Source: an uncultured Methanosarcinales archaeon
GTDB taxonomy: Archaea > Nanobdellota > Nanobdellia > Woesearchaeales > CAYVYK01
Reading direction: 5' to 3'
Assembly (NCBI GenBank): GCA_964455675.1
Contig: CAYVYK010000001.1
Span: forward strand, 140,463-204,462
DNA length: 64,000 nt
Below the pieces are notes generated by a model. That model was given only the letters and a program-made list of their open reading frames with translations. It did not search any database and was not told where the DNA came from. The position numbers and the translations under genes were made by a program. Numbering within the stretch: the first letter of the stretch is position 1; each line of letters opens with the position of its first letter. This document shows positions 39,000-49,381 of this stretch, in pieces.

Positions 39000-39899
39000 C
39001 TATACATGAATTTTGAGGAAGTCGTATGCGCATACCACGTTGTCAAAGTATCGCTGGGCTTCTTCAAGTACGTCTTCGGTGGTCTTGTAGCGTTGGCTGA
39101 AATGAGTGAGTACAAGTTTCTTTGCGCTGTTTCTGCTGGCAAGGAGTGCTGACTGTTCTGCAGTCATGTGGCCATATGCTTCTCCCTTATCCTCAAGTCT
39201 TGACGTGTACGTCGCTTCGCTGATGAGGAGGTCTGCATGTGCTGCGATACTATTGAGGTTTTCGCATGGTGAGGTGTCAGAAACCCATCCAATTTTCTTC
39301 CCTTGTACTTCTGTGGCAATGTCTTCGGGTTTCACTTTCTTTCCTCCGACTGTTACCGTGTTTCCTCGTTGAATCTCCGTGAGCCATGATCCTTCCTTAA
39401 GCCCGAGCTTCTTGACCTTCGCCATGCTGATACTCCACTTGGTTTTTTCAGAAAGCACATACCCAACGCAAGGTATTCCATGATGAAGTTCGTGGGCGCT
39501 GATCATAAGATCATCATCCTCGAACACAACACCCTCCTTTTCGATTTCGTGAAGCTTAATCTCAAGTACTTTAGCATCGTACGCGAAGCTTTTGAGAACG
39601 TATCCCAGGAATTGCTTGCTTCCGGATGGGCCATAAATTTCGAGGACATCATGATAGTCAAGTGATGCAAGTGTCTGGAGTAATCCAGGTAGACCAAGGA
39701 CATGGTCTCCATGCCAGTGGCTGATGAGAATCTTTGTGACCTTCGGTGCCTTGATCCCTGCAATCTTCATCTGTCGCTGTGTTCCCTCCCCACAGTCAAG
39801 GAGGATGCCATGGCTTCGGTATCTCACGTACACGGATGATGGATTTCTTTCTTTCGTTGGCGCCATGGCGCTTGTTCCAAGGAATGTAAGCTCAAACAT
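39000..39899 (-). CDS. rnz: Ribonuclease Z
   Basis: FLGTSAMAPTKERN, DCGEGTQ, HWHGDH, flexible arm, EATY, THFSQRY. Start MFELT at 39899. Confidence 0.96.
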   Translation of the reverse strand: MFELTFLGTSAMAPTKERNPSSVYVRYRSHGILLDCGEGTQRQMKIAGIKAPKVTKILISHWHGDHVLGLPGLLQTLASLDYHDVLEIYGPSGSKQFLGYVLKSFAYDAKVLEIKLHEIEKEGVVFEDDDLMISAHELHHGIPCVGYVLSEKTKWSISMAKVKKLGLKEGSWLTEIQRGNTVTVGGKKVKPEDIATEVQGKKIGWVSDTSPCENLNSIAAHADLLISEATYTSRLEDKGEAYGHMTAEQSALLASRNSAKKLVLTHFSQRYKTTEDVLEEAQRYFDNVVCAYDFLKIHV

Positions 39900-39979
39900 A
39901 CCTATGATTAATCCTTCCGCATTTATAAAAGTAGTCTTGTGGGCAAACATTTTTAAGAGATGCACTCATTTGGAAGCCT

Positions 39980-40558
39980 ATGACTGTAGATACAAAATCC
40001 CGCACAAAGAAGAAAGTGGTAGTATCACCTGCCCCGGCCCCGATCACCTGTTATTACACTCAGGACCGTATTATCTCGGAAGGTTCAGACGAAGCGAGGT
40101 TGCTCTTCACTCAGAGCCAGTTTGGTAGCCCCTTGGAGAATGGTCGCATTCATTTCTCGACGCTTGAAGCACTCTACTTGCTGGAGAAAGGGAAGATCCT
40201 GATTCTTGATAGCAGAAAAAAACAGATGGACTTCCAGCTCGTCATGAAACGCAGTCGGGAGGAGAAAGGGTTGTGGGTGCGCTACTGTGTTTTTCGTGAC
40301 TTACGAAATCGTGGTTATATTGTGAAGACCGCATTGAAGTTTGGTGCGGACTTTCGTGTGTACAATCGTGGCGTGAAGCCTGGCGAAGATCATGCCCGCT
40401 GGATCGTGTATCCTGTTCACGAGACCTCTGTCACAACGTGGTATGAGTTCTCTGCAAAGAATCGCGTTGCCCATAGCACGAAGAAGCGTCTGCTCGTTGC
40501 TGTTGTCGATGAGGAATCGGATGTGACCTACTGGGAGATTCGATGGCTGAGGCCATAA
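39980..40558 (+). CDS. endA: tRNA-splicing endonuclease
   Basis: LEALYL, DLRNRGY, KFGADFRVY, HA, RVAHSTKK (Tyr/His/Lys triad). Confidence 0.96.
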   Translation: MTVDTKSRTKKKVVVSPAPAPITCYYTQDRIISEGSDEARLLFTQSQFGSPLENGRIHFSTLEALYLLEKGKILILDSRKKQMDFQLVMKRSREEKGLWVRYCVFRDLRNRGYIVKTALKFGADFRVYNRGVKPGEDHARWIVYPVHETSVTTWYEFSAKNRVAHSTKKRLLVAVVDEESDVTYWEIRWLRP

Positions 40559-40589
40559 ACTTTTATACTCCCCATTCTTGTCCTTTCGT

Positions 40590-41555
40590 ATGATTGACGT
40601 CGATCAGGTGCTGGCGTTTGTCCGTCGTGAAGGCCCTCTCCTACCTGGGAGGGTGGCAAAGGAGTTCGGGATGAACATGCTTCTTGCGTCTGCCGTGCTT
40701 TCCCAGCTTGTGACCGAAAAGAAGGTGAAGGTAACGAGCGTGAAGGTTGGTGGAAGCCCGCTCTATTACACAGATGAGAAGCGCGAATCCATTCAGCAGT
40801 ATTGGAAGAACTTGAACGAAAAGGATCAGCGCGCGTATAATCTGATTCGCGAGCAGCGTGTGGTTCGTGACACTGTTCCTGAACCCCTTATGCGTGTTGC
40901 GCTTCGTGCGATTAAGGATTTTGCAGTGCCGCTGACGGTGAAGTCCGAGCAGGGTGAGGAATTGTTCTGGAAGTGGTATCTGCTCTCGGATGATGAGGCA
41001 TCACATCTTATCGATGGGTTCATGAATCCCAAGGTTGAACGTGCTGAGAAACCAGTGGAAAAAACTAAGTCCTCACCAGAGCCACTGCACCAGTTACAAG
41101 TTGTTACTCCGGAGAAATCTCCAATTGAGAAATCTCCTATTGAATCTGAGAAGACTCCCGTGGGCCCTCCACCGCAGGTCGTGCCGCAAGCTTCCATTCC
41201 TGAGCAGAGAAAACTTCCAAAGACAATGCAGGAATCTGTTGAGGACGCATGGCTCGATGAAGTCAGATCTTTCCTTGGTAAACAGGGCGCGCGCTGCACG
41301 TTCCCTCGTGTGCTTCGTAAGGGCAAGGAAATTGAGATGCTTGTTGATGTGCCGACTCCGCTTGGCGGTTCGCGCTACTTCTGTCGTGCTGTAAAGAAGC
41401 AGCGGATTGGTGAATCTGATATTGTCCAGGCGCTCTACGCTGCTCAGGACAAAAAGCTTCCCGTGCTTTTTATTACGACCGGGCAATTGACGAAAAAGAT
41501 TCAGGAAGATCGTGACCAGAAGTATCCTGGCATGCTCTTTGTGACGATGGGATGA
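40590..41555 (+). CDS. Hypothetical protein: winged-helix-like N-terminus, P/E/K linker, alpha/beta C-terminal domain
   Basis: Long ORF between endA and fen, 4 nt from the fen start. Domain calls are by eye. Confidence 0.8.
   Translation: MIDVDQVLAFVRREGPLLPGRVAKEFGMNMLLASAVLSQLVTEKKVKVTSVKVGGSPLYYTDEKRESIQQYWKNLNEKDQRAYNLIREQRVVRDTVPEPLMRVALRAIKDFAVPLTVKSEQGEELFWKWYLLSDDEASHLIDGFMNPKVERAEKPVEKTKSSPEPLHQLQVVTPEKSPIEKSPIESEKTPVGPPPQVVPQASIPEQRKLPKTMQESVEDAWLDEVRSFLGKQGARCTFPRVLRKGKEIEMLVDVPTPLGGSRYFCRAVKKQRIGESDIVQALYAAQDKKLPVLFITTGQLTKKIQEDRDQKYPGMLFVTMG
41112..41141 (+). repeat. 15-bp tandem duplication encoding EKSPI twice
   Basis: GAGAAATCTCCAATT followed by GAGAAATCTCCTATT. Confidence 0.8.
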
Positions 41556-41559
41556 TTGT

Positions 41560-42594
41560 ATGGGTGTTGCCCTGACCGAGCTTTTGGTTTTGCATGAGAC
41601 CGATATTGAGAACTTTCAGGGCCAGGTTCTCGCCGTTGATGCGAGTATGTGGATTCATCAGTTCTTAAGTTCAATCAGGGCTCCTGATGGTACGCCCCTT
41701 ATGGATGAGCACGGATCGACGACATCACATCTGGTTGGTCTGTTTGGGAGACTTCCAAAACTGATGGGTGCTGGCGTTCGTCTCTGCTTTGTATTTGATG
41801 GAAAGCCGCCGCAGTTAAAGGCTGAGGAGCGCGCTCGCAGGAGGGAGTTGAAGGCGGAGGCGACTGTAAAGTATGCCTTGGCCCAAAAGGAGGGTGATGT
41901 TGAAGAGATGAGGAAGTTTGCCTCCCGCACGTCCCACGTTACTCCCGAGATCATTCAGGAGAGCAAAGATCTTCTCTCTGCGCTTGGTATTCCTTTTGTG
42001 CAGGCTCCTTCTGAAGCTGAGGCACAGTGTGCTCATATGGTGCGAAAGGGTGATGCATATGCTGTGGCGACAAATGATGCAGATGCACTGCTGTTTGGGG
42101 CTCCAAGGATTGTTAGGAATCTTTCGATCGCGGGGAAGCGCAAGAAGTCTGCAAAGCTTTCATTCGAGACGGTCATGCCAGAGTTGGTATCATTGAAAGA
42201 GACATGTGACGCCCTCGCGATAACTCATGATCAGCTTATTGCGTTGGCCATGCTTATTGGTACAGACTACAATCGTGGAGGAATCAAGGGTATTGGTCCA
42301 AAAAAGGCATTGGGGCTTGTGCAGAAGTTCGGTGAGGACTTTCCTGCTCTTTTCGAAAATGTGGCATGGAAAGACTCTTTTTTGCAAGGTTGGCAGGAGG
42401 TGTTCGACGCGTTCCATCATATGCCATTCACGGAGGAATATCGTATGGAATGGGGTATTCCGAGCGAGGATGCGTTGCATAACCTTCTCGTTAAAAAGCA
42501 CAGCTTTTCAGAGGAGCGTGTGAAGTCAACATTCGGAGTATTGACAGAGCAGATGCAGCATCGCAAGCAGAAATCGTTGTTCGAGTTCGGGTGA
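41560..42594 (+). CDS. fen: Flap endonuclease 1
   Basis: MGV, AVDA, FVFDGKPP, APSEAEAQ, GTDYN...GIGPK, PIP box QKSLFEF. Confidence 0.97.
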   Translation: MGVALTELLVLHETDIENFQGQVLAVDASMWIHQFLSSIRAPDGTPLMDEHGSTTSHLVGLFGRLPKLMGAGVRLCFVFDGKPPQLKAEERARRRELKAEATVKYALAQKEGDVEEMRKFASRTSHVTPEIIQESKDLLSALGIPFVQAPSEAEAQCAHMVRKGDAYAVATNDADALLFGAPRIVRNLSIAGKRKKSAKLSFETVMPELVSLKETCDALAITHDQLIALAMLIGTDYNRGGIKGIGPKKALGLVQKFGEDFPALFENVAWKDSFLQGWQEVFDAFHHMPFTEEYRMEWGIPSEDALHNLLVKKHSFSEERVKSTFGVLTEQMQHRKQKSLFEFG

Positions 42595-43430
42595 TGGGCG
42601 TGGCAAGGCTTGTAGACAAGTTTCGCGGGGAATTATCAAAAGAGGATCTTGACCGTATACCTCGCGGTTTTGACACTGTAGGGGGGATTGCGATTCTTGA
42701 GGTTCGGAAAGGGACTCCTGTTCCTTTGCAGAGACGTTTTGCGCATGAACTGCTAGGCGCAAACAAGGCGCTCGTTTCTGTTTACAAGAAACGCGGTGGT
42801 CACGAGGGTACCTATCGGACGCAGGATCTGGTATGGCTTGCGGGTCGCAGATCAACGGAAACTATCCACAAGGAGAACAACTGTAGTCTGCTGCTCGATG
42901 CGAAGACGTGTTATTTCTCTCCTCGCCTTGGTACAGAGCGTATGCGTATCGCTAAACTAGTGAAGGATGGCGAGAATCTGCTTGTGATGTTCTCGGGTGT
43001 TGGAGTGTACCCTGTTATTATCGCAAAGAACTCTCATGCAGCACGCATCGTCGGCGTGGAAATTAACCCCTCTGCTCATGAGTATGCGTTGAAGAACATC
43101 ACGAAGAACAAGGTCGCAGATCGCGTGCGATGCTTCAAAGGCGATGTGAGAAGAATGCTTCCAAAGATTACTGGGAAGTTTGATCGTGTTCTCATGCCGC
43201 TTCCAAGAGGTGGCGAGTCATTCCTTGACATTGCGCTTATGAAAGTAAAGAAGAATGGATATCTGCATTTCTATGACTTCCTTCATGAGGATCGTTTTGA
43301 TGATGGTGCAAAGAAGGTACAGCATGCTTGTGCGCTCAAAAAGCGCAAGTGTATCATTCTTGGTGTCACGAAATGCGGCCAGCAGTCCCCGAACGTGTTC
43401 CGCATCTGTGTTGATGCACAGGTACGCTAG
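42594..43430 (+). CDS. Trm5/Taw2 (Met-10+) family SAM-dependent tRNA transferase
   Basis: FDTVGGIAI, TIHKEN, YFSPRLGTERMR, MFSGVG, EINP, DRVLMPLP. Start 42591 or 42594. Confidence 0.9.
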   Translation: MGVARLVDKFRGELSKEDLDRIPRGFDTVGGIAILEVRKGTPVPLQRRFAHELLGANKALVSVYKKRGGHEGTYRTQDLVWLAGRRSTETIHKENNCSLLLDAKTCYFSPRLGTERMRIAKLVKDGENLLVMFSGVGVYPVIIAKNSHAARIVGVEINPSAHEYALKNITKNKVADRVRCFKGDVRRMLPKITGKFDRVLMPLPRGGESFLDIALMKVKKNGYLHFYDFLHEDRFDDGAKKVQHACALKKRKCIILGVTKCGQQSPNVFRICVDAQVR

Positions 43431-43537
43431 GCACTGTCTTAGCCCGTTGGTGCGCCGTCGAGAATCTCCATTATCCTACGGGAAACAGCGCTCTGGAATG
43501 AATAAGCTTTATAAACCGTCTGGCAATCATGAAGTTC

Positions 43538-44815
43538 ATGAAAGATGTAAGGATTGCTGTCGTTGGTATGGGATATGTGGGTCTGCCTCTCGCGATCGAG
43601 TTCGCAAAGCACTTTCATGTTATTGGTTTTGACATTCGTAAGGAAAAGATCGAGTTGCTTCAGCGCGGAAAAGACCCGACAGAAGAGGTTGGTGATTCAG
43701 TGGTGTCTGCGACAAAGGTGAAGTTCACGGCAGATCCTTCAGAGATTCATCAGTGCAATTTTATTGTTGTTGCGGTTCCAACCCCGATTGCGCCGGACTA
43801 CCAGCCGGACCTATCGCCCGTTGAGTCTGCAACAAAAATAGTTGGGAATCACATGCCTCGGGGTGCGGTGGTTGTGTACGAAAGTACCGTATACCCTGGG
43901 TGTACCGAGGAGGTTTGTATTCCTATTCTTGAGGGGTGTTCCGGTTTTAAATTTCCTGTCGATTTCAAGGTCGGCTATAGTCCTGAGCGTGTGAATCCCG
44001 GCGACAAGGTCCACACTGTTGACAAGATAGTTAAGGTGATTAGTGGCTGCGACAAAGAGTCGACAGATCTTATTCGAGAGGTTTATGCCAAAGCGATTCC
44101 TGCAGGAATATTCGTGGCTCACGATATAAAAACTGCTGAAGCCGCAAAGGTCATTGAGAACATCCAGCGCGATCTGAATATCGCGCTCGTAAACGAGCTT
44201 TCCATAATCTTTGATCGTCTTGGAATTTCTACGCGCCACGTGCTTGATGCAGCGTCAACGAAATGGAACTTTCATCGTTTTCACCCAGGTTTGGTTGGCG
44301 GCCATTGCATCGGAGTGGATCCCTACTATCTAGTATACAAATCAGAGATGGTCGGGTACAATCCTCATATCATTCTAGCAGGCCGTGCACTGAATGAGTA
44401 CATGCCCCGATATGTTGCGCAAAAAGTACTCGATCTCTTGAGGAAGAATGGCAAGAAGCCTGAAAACTCAAAGGTTCTTGTGATGGGTCTCACATTCAAG
44501 GAGAATGTGAATGATTACCGTAATTCAAAGATTTCGTCGACAATCAAGGATTTGAAGGCTCATGGGATCCACGTGTTCGGCAACGATCCTTTGCTGTCTG
44601 ATGATATCATCAGGAAGAACTTTGCTGTTGATCCAGGAGAGCTAAAGCCAACTTACGACGTTATCCTTTTCAAGAATAATCACGCGCGTTATGCACAGTA
44701 TGATCTTGCGTTCTTGAAAAATCTATGCGCAAGCAAACCAATTCTAGTTGATCTCGCGCAACGATTCGACAAAAACGACGCCGAACGTGCAGGGTTTACC
44801 TACTGGAGTCTATAA
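43538..44815 (+). CDS. Nucleotide-sugar 6-dehydrogenase (UDP-GlcNAc/GalNAc, TviB/WbpO-like)
   Basis: GMGYVG, ESTVYPG, SPERVNPG, GGHCIGVDP, FKENVND. Start 43538 from TATA spacing; 43529 possible. Confidence 0.93.
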   Translation: MKDVRIAVVGMGYVGLPLAIEFAKHFHVIGFDIRKEKIELLQRGKDPTEEVGDSVVSATKVKFTADPSEIHQCNFIVVAVPTPIAPDYQPDLSPVESATKIVGNHMPRGAVVVYESTVYPGCTEEVCIPILEGCSGFKFPVDFKVGYSPERVNPGDKVHTVDKIVKVISGCDKESTDLIREVYAKAIPAGIFVAHDIKTAEAAKVIENIQRDLNIALVNELSIIFDRLGISTRHVLDAASTKWNFHRFHPGLVGGHCIGVDPYYLVYKSEMVGYNPHIILAGRALNEYMPRYVAQKVLDLLRKNGKKPENSKVLVMGLTFKENVNDYRNSKISSTIKDLKAHGIHVFGNDPLLSDDIIRKNFAVDPGELKPTYDVILFKNNHARYAQYDLAFLKNLCASKPILVDLAQRFDKNDAERAGFTYWSL

Positions 44816-44892
44816 TTAATTTGTATGCATAATACTCTTCTATTGAAGCGTTGGTTAGGTGTCCTCTGTTTAATTATTGAGGCCAAGAAAAA

Positions 44893-45192
44893 TTATCCGA
44901 TGATTGTCAGCAGGAAGCTGGTGTTACTCTCAGCAGTAATGGAGTGCGGCTGGTCTGCCTTGATGTGGATGAACACTCCCTGACGCATGGTGATCGCTCG
45001 GCCGGCGAGAGTGAAAACTCCATTGCCTTCAATCACATGTACAGTCCCCTCTCTCGTGCTCGTGTGCTCGCTGATATCAGTTCCGGCAGCCATGCAGAAT
45101 AGCGTTACATTCAAGCGTTCGGTTTTAATAACTACTTTTGAGATGATGCCTCCATCAGAGTAATTGATTGAGTCGTTAAGGTTACGTTCCAT
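44893..45192 (-). CDS. Cupin-domain protein
   Basis: ISEHTS...VHVIEGNG...PHSITA. Confidence 0.88.
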   Translation of the reverse strand: MERNLNDSINYSDGGIISKVVIKTERLNVTLFCMAAGTDISEHTSTREGTVHVIEGNGVFTLAGRAITMRQGVFIHIKADQPHSITAESNTSFLLTIIG

Positions 45193-45243
45193 TATTCCAC
45201 CAAGTGTGATAATCTTGCTGGAAGGAAATTATCCCGCGGCAGT

Positions 45244-45990
45244 TTAATCATTCTCGACGCGCGGAGCAAGGATGAATCCTAGCTGTACCTTATCGACGCT
45301 GACAAAGTCCATGCGCAGTGGATAGTCCTTGTTGAACTGCAGCGTTACTTTGTCTGCGAGTTTTGCGCCTCCGATCATCTTCTTGAGGTACTCGATGGAA
45401 TACTTCGCCTTCACTGGTTCGTCGCCCTTGAACATGATCGTAGTATCTTCGTCCTGCTTGATTTCGATCTTTGCCTTGGAGAAGTCTCCTTCTGAGGACA
45501 AAATGAGCTTGTTTTCTTCGCACATCAGACTGACTGACTCGCCGACGATATCCGCATCTTCGACCGCGCTCACAACCGTCTGGCTGTCAGTTGTTACTTT
45601 CAGGTTGAACTTCAGTTCTGGGATGCGTTGTTCCTTCTCGTCAAGCTCAAGGAGTGCCATGCTGAATGTTCTTGTGCTTCTCCCTTTGAGTGTGATCTCA
45701 AGTCTGTTGTCTGGTGTGACATCAAGGCTTATCATGTCGCTTGGTCCGCATCGTCGCAGGATTTGCTTGAGGTCGTTGAGCTTGATGCCTATCTCGATTG
45801 GCTTTTTGATATCATACTCTGTGAACGCACTGCTGAAGAGTTTGTAGATGACCATGGCAACGTTTGCTGGGTCCATCGCGGCTAGCTGGATGCCTTCTGC
45901 GGAAAACTTGAATCTGGCTTCACTGACAAGGTCCGAGATGATTGTGATGCTGTCTCTGAGATATTTTGGTTCTGCAAGCGTTAATTTCAT
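45244..45990 (-). CDS. pcn: PCNA sliding clamp
   Basis: AMDPANVAMV, YSIEYL, DYPL, FILAPR. Confidence 0.97.
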   Translation of the reverse strand: MKLTLAEPKYLRDSITIISDLVSEARFKFSAEGIQLAAMDPANVAMVIYKLFSSAFTEYDIKKPIEIGIKLNDLKQILRRCGPSDMISLDVTPDNRLEITLKGRSTRTFSMALLELDEKEQRIPELKFNLKVTTDSQTVVSAVEDADIVGESVSLMCEENKLILSSEGDFSKAKIEIKQDEDTTIMFKGDEPVKAKYSIEYLKKMIGGAKLADKVTLQFNKDYPLRMDFVSVDKVQLGFILAPRVEND

Positions 45991-46025
45991 TGGTTTCCCC
46001 CCGCGCTTGAGGAGTCATTTTCAAT

Positions 46026-47372
46026 TTATATTACTTTTGGTTTTAATGTGGCTCTGCTTCCATTACGAAGATGGAGAATGTGTTCATCCCGATACCCCAT
46101 TTCGTGTGCGAGAGTGACAACTCCGCTCTGAAGGGTCTCGTCTCCATGGGCTGGGATGATGTAGCGCGGTTTAAGGAGTGTGATGAGGTCTCGAAGGTCT
46201 TCTTTTGCCGCATGGCCGCTCACATGAATATCCCTAAATATGCGGACTTTCTTTTCCATGAGTTTTTGTTCAAGGACGAGGCGGTTTGCTCTCGTGATAT
46301 CTGTTGGGATCACTTTACAGGAAAAGACAATATGGTCCCCTTCTTCAAGCGAAAATCCAAGCGCGTCATTCGCTAGCCTCGAGAGAACACTGCGTGGTTC
46401 GCCCTGGTGGCCGGTTACGACAAAGAGGTATTTGCCTCGCTTGGAAGGTAGTATCTTTCTGAGTCGTCGCCGCATCTGGCTTTTGTATTTGATGATCTCT
46501 GCATCTTCAGAAAGGTTGATGATGCCTGCTTCTTCTGCGGCCTCAGCATATTTGCCCAGTGATCGTCCGATAAAGATAATCTTTCTGTTGAGCTGTTTTC
46601 CCATCTCGATGATGCTTCGGAGCCTTGCGATGTGTGATGAGAATGTTGTTACGACGACAAGCTTGTTCTTGCTTTCTGTCGAGAGTAATACGTCTTTAAG
46701 CATCTGTTTGGCTACGCTTTCGGATGGGGTCTTGCATGCTTCTCGTGAATATGTTGAGTCAACGATGAGTGCAAGTACTCCTTCCTTACCGATGGCTTCA
46801 AGCTTTTCATAGTTTGGTTTCTGCCCAAGTGTTGGGTAGGAATCAAACTTGAAGTCGTTTGCGTACACGATGCTTCCGAGAGGAGTCTTGAATGCGACCA
46901 TGTACGTTTGCGGTGTTGAATGCGTCATATTAATGAACTGAATGCTTACATTGTCCGTTGGCTGGTAGCTTGCGTTGACGTTGATCTTTTTGATAGGGTT
47001 GCGCAGTGTGAGTTTACCGTCGCGCAGGATTCTTGTCAGGACCGCCTGGCTAAAAGGGCTTAGGAGTATTTCTGCCCTGTATCGTGGAGCAAGGAACGGC
47101 ACGCCTCCGATATGGTCAAGGTGCGCATGTGTTGGAATGATCGCCTTTACCTTGTCTTTCCAATCGCCTAAGACCGTATCGTTTGGGATAGCATCTGCTT
47201 TGATGAGTTCCTCTGCCGTGAGGTGGACGATATCTTCATCCTCTGTATACTTGATATAATTCTCGATATGCAGTCCCATGTCGCAGATGTAGACTTCGTC
47301 TCCTATTTTGATGGCGGTCATGTTGCGGCCTACTTCATTGTAGCCTCCGACTGCGAGTATTTGGATTTCCAT
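46026..47372 (-). CDS. rnj: Ribonuclease J (beta-CASP)
   Basis: GGYNEVGRNM, THAHLDHIG, HSTP, DFKFD, TGHQGEP, HVSGHA, PAHG. Confidence 0.95.
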   Translation of the reverse strand: MEIQILAVGGYNEVGRNMTAIKIGDEVYICDMGLHIENYIKYTEDEDIVHLTAEELIKADAIPNDTVLGDWKDKVKAIIPTHAHLDHIGGVPFLAPRYRAEILLSPFSQAVLTRILRDGKLTLRNPIKKINVNASYQPTDNVSIQFINMTHSTPQTYMVAFKTPLGSIVYANDFKFDSYPTLGQKPNYEKLEAIGKEGVLALIVDSTYSREACKTPSESVAKQMLKDVLLSTESKNKLVVVTTFSSHIARLRSIIEMGKQLNRKIIFIGRSLGKYAEAAEEAGIINLSEDAEIIKYKSQMRRRLRKILPSKRGKYLFVVTGHQGEPRSVLSRLANDALGFSLEEGDHIVFSCKVIPTDITRANRLVLEQKLMEKKVRIFRDIHVSGHAAKEDLRDLITLLKPRYIIPAHGDETLQSGVVTLAHEMGYRDEHILHLRNGSRATLKPKVI

Positions 47373-47373
47373 A

Positions 47374-48876
47374 TCACTTCACACCATAGAACTGATGGGC
47401 GGCCATGAACTCTTTTGCGTACCGTAGGCGTATTGCACTCTCCGCATACAGAGTGCAGAGCACGTCATGCGGTACAACCTTGTCACCTACTTTCTTGCGA
47501 AGGTAGACTCCCGATCCTTTGTTGCGCGGGCATCCAAGTAAGTGTGTTGTCTTTGAGAGGAGCATGTTGTTGATCTCCACAACGATGCCGCTGGACTTTG
47601 CCACGACGTCACAGCTGTGTTTTCCGAGGCGAACCTTTTGCGGCTTTCCTTGGGCTTGAATGATCTCTTCCATCTTTGTAAGGGCAAGGCCGCTTTCCAG
47701 GATTCGTTGTGCAAGTATTCTTCCCTTGTATCTTGGTGCTTTGCCTGCCATCTCAAGGAGGATTCCTGCCATGATTATAGCTTTTTCCTTGAGGTCTTGC
47801 GGCGCTTCCTTTTCGTTGCGGAGCACTGCCATAACATCCATTGCTTCAAGGTATGGTCCGATTCCGTTTCCGATGGGCCTGCTTCCATCAGTGAGTACCA
47901 CGTTCACATTCATCCCAAGGTTTTTTCCAAGTCTTAGAAATCCGTCGCGGATTCTTCGTGCTTCATGATATGTCTTGGCTTTGCAGTTATTTCCTACGGG
48001 GATATCGATGAGGACGTGGGTTGCTCCTACAGAGTACTTCTTTGCCATAACCGACGAGAGTAGTTGGCCTTCTGCATCTATCCCTAGGAGTTTTTCAACC
48101 CTGATGATCTTGTCATCTGCTGGTGCAAGGTTCATTGACCCTCCCCATACCATGCAACCGTTTGTTTTTTCAACGATCTCACGCATCCTCTGTGGGGTAA
48201 GGACAACATTCGTCAGCACTTCCACGGTGTCTGCGGTTCCCGCAGGGCTCGTAATGCTTCTGCTCGACGTCTTTGGCATCGTAAGTCCTGCTGCCGCGAT
48301 GATCGGAACGACGACCATGGTTGTCCGGTTTCCAGGCACTCCCCCCGTGCAGTGCTTGTCCATGATAACCTTGTTCGGAAGATTGAGCCTCTCTCCCGTT
48401 GCGACCATGGCTTTGGTGAGCCACACAATCTCTTCAGGGTCAAGCTGCCTTGTGTACGTTCCTGCGACAAAGAATGTGAGTTCTGCATCTGAAAGTTTGT
48501 CGTCCACGATATCCTTGACAATGGCGTGGATCTCGTTCTCAGTAAGTTTTCTACCATCTAATTTTTTCTTGATATAAAGGAGCGACTCTGGCTTTTTTTC
48601 AAGGGTAATCTCAACGAGTTCGTTGTTGCGAAAATGGTGTTTCTTCTTAGCTTCCATGAAGAGCCCAATGGATCCTTCAGGAACGACCGAGTCCTGGTTG
48701 GTCACGTCAACAATTGCCGTTTCTTCATCTTTTCCTCTGCGAATGCGGATGCGGTCTTCGCTGTGGCAGTCGAGTTGTCGCGCGTCTTTCTCATTGAGAA
48801 TTCCGACCATGACATTTCCGGTGGATATCTTGATGCCTTTCACGCGGAGCTTCATGCTCCCAGGTGTTCCTGCCAT
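47374..48876 (-). CDS. AMP phosphorylase (thymidine phosphorylase family, archaeal long form)
   Basis: N-terminal extension, DKHCTGGVPGN, PKTSSRSITSPAGTAD, LAPADD, PIGNGIGP. Start 48876 or 48855. Confidence 0.92.
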   Translation of the reverse strand: MAGTPGSMKLRVKGIKISTGNVMVGILNEKDARQLDCHSEDRIRIRRGKDEETAIVDVTNQDSVVPEGSIGLFMEAKKKHHFRNNELVEITLEKKPESLLYIKKKLDGRKLTENEIHAIVKDIVDDKLSDAELTFFVAGTYTRQLDPEEIVWLTKAMVATGERLNLPNKVIMDKHCTGGVPGNRTTMVVVPIIAAAGLTMPKTSSRSITSPAGTADTVEVLTNVVLTPQRMREIVEKTNGCMVWGGSMNLAPADDKIIRVEKLLGIDAEGQLLSSVMAKKYSVGATHVLIDIPVGNNCKAKTYHEARRIRDGFLRLGKNLGMNVNVVLTDGSRPIGNGIGPYLEAMDVMAVLRNEKEAPQDLKEKAIIMAGILLEMAGKAPRYKGRILAQRILESGLALTKMEEIIQAQGKPQKVRLGKHSCDVVAKSSGIVVEINNMLLSKTTHLLGCPRNKGSGVYLRKKVGDKVVPHDVLCTLYAESAIRLRYAKEFMAAHQFYGVK

Positions 48877-48922
48877 GTCGTTTTTCTGAAGCTGCTAGGT
48901 TTATAAAAGTTCTCAATCCGGT

Positions 48923-49363
48923 CTATGATGCTGCGGTGTCTGAGAGGCGGAATCCGGGGTTTCTGGAGAAGAAGTCCATGAGTGCTCCCTCAATATCCTT
49001 ATGCTGTCGTAATTCATCAAGCGTGACCCACTTGTGTTTTTCAGCTTCATCTGGATCTACAAAGATTGGTCCTGTGACTTTTGCATGAAAAAACATGAGG
49101 AGTCGTGACGTCTCTTTCTGGTCTCTCACGTGGAACTGATGGTCCTGCCCCCACCCAACAAAACGTGGATGCTTGAGTGTTACACCAATTTCCTCTTTCA
49201 TTTCTCGAACAACTGTCTCTTCAAGAGATTCATGGTATTCTGCGCGGCCACCTGGTACTCGCCAAACCTTGAATCTTGTGCAGAACACGATCAGCACTTT
49301 GCCATCTTGTTCAATGAACGCGCTGCACACAACCGTTGGTCCTTTTATGGTCTGATCCACCAT
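48923..49363 (-). CDS. NUDIX hydrolase
   Basis: Nudix box GGRAEYHESLEETVVREMKEEIG. Start MVDQT at 49363, just downstream of the tRNA. Confidence 0.9.
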   Translation of the reverse strand: MVDQTIKGPTVVCSAFIEQDGKVLIVFCTRFKVWRVPGGRAEYHESLEETVVREMKEEIGVTLKHPRFVGWGQDHQFHVRDQKETSRLLMFFHAKVTGPIFVDPDEAEKHKWVTLDELRQHKDIEGALMDFFSRNPGFRLSDTAAS

Positions 49364-49381
49364 GCGTGTTTCACCGAGGAA

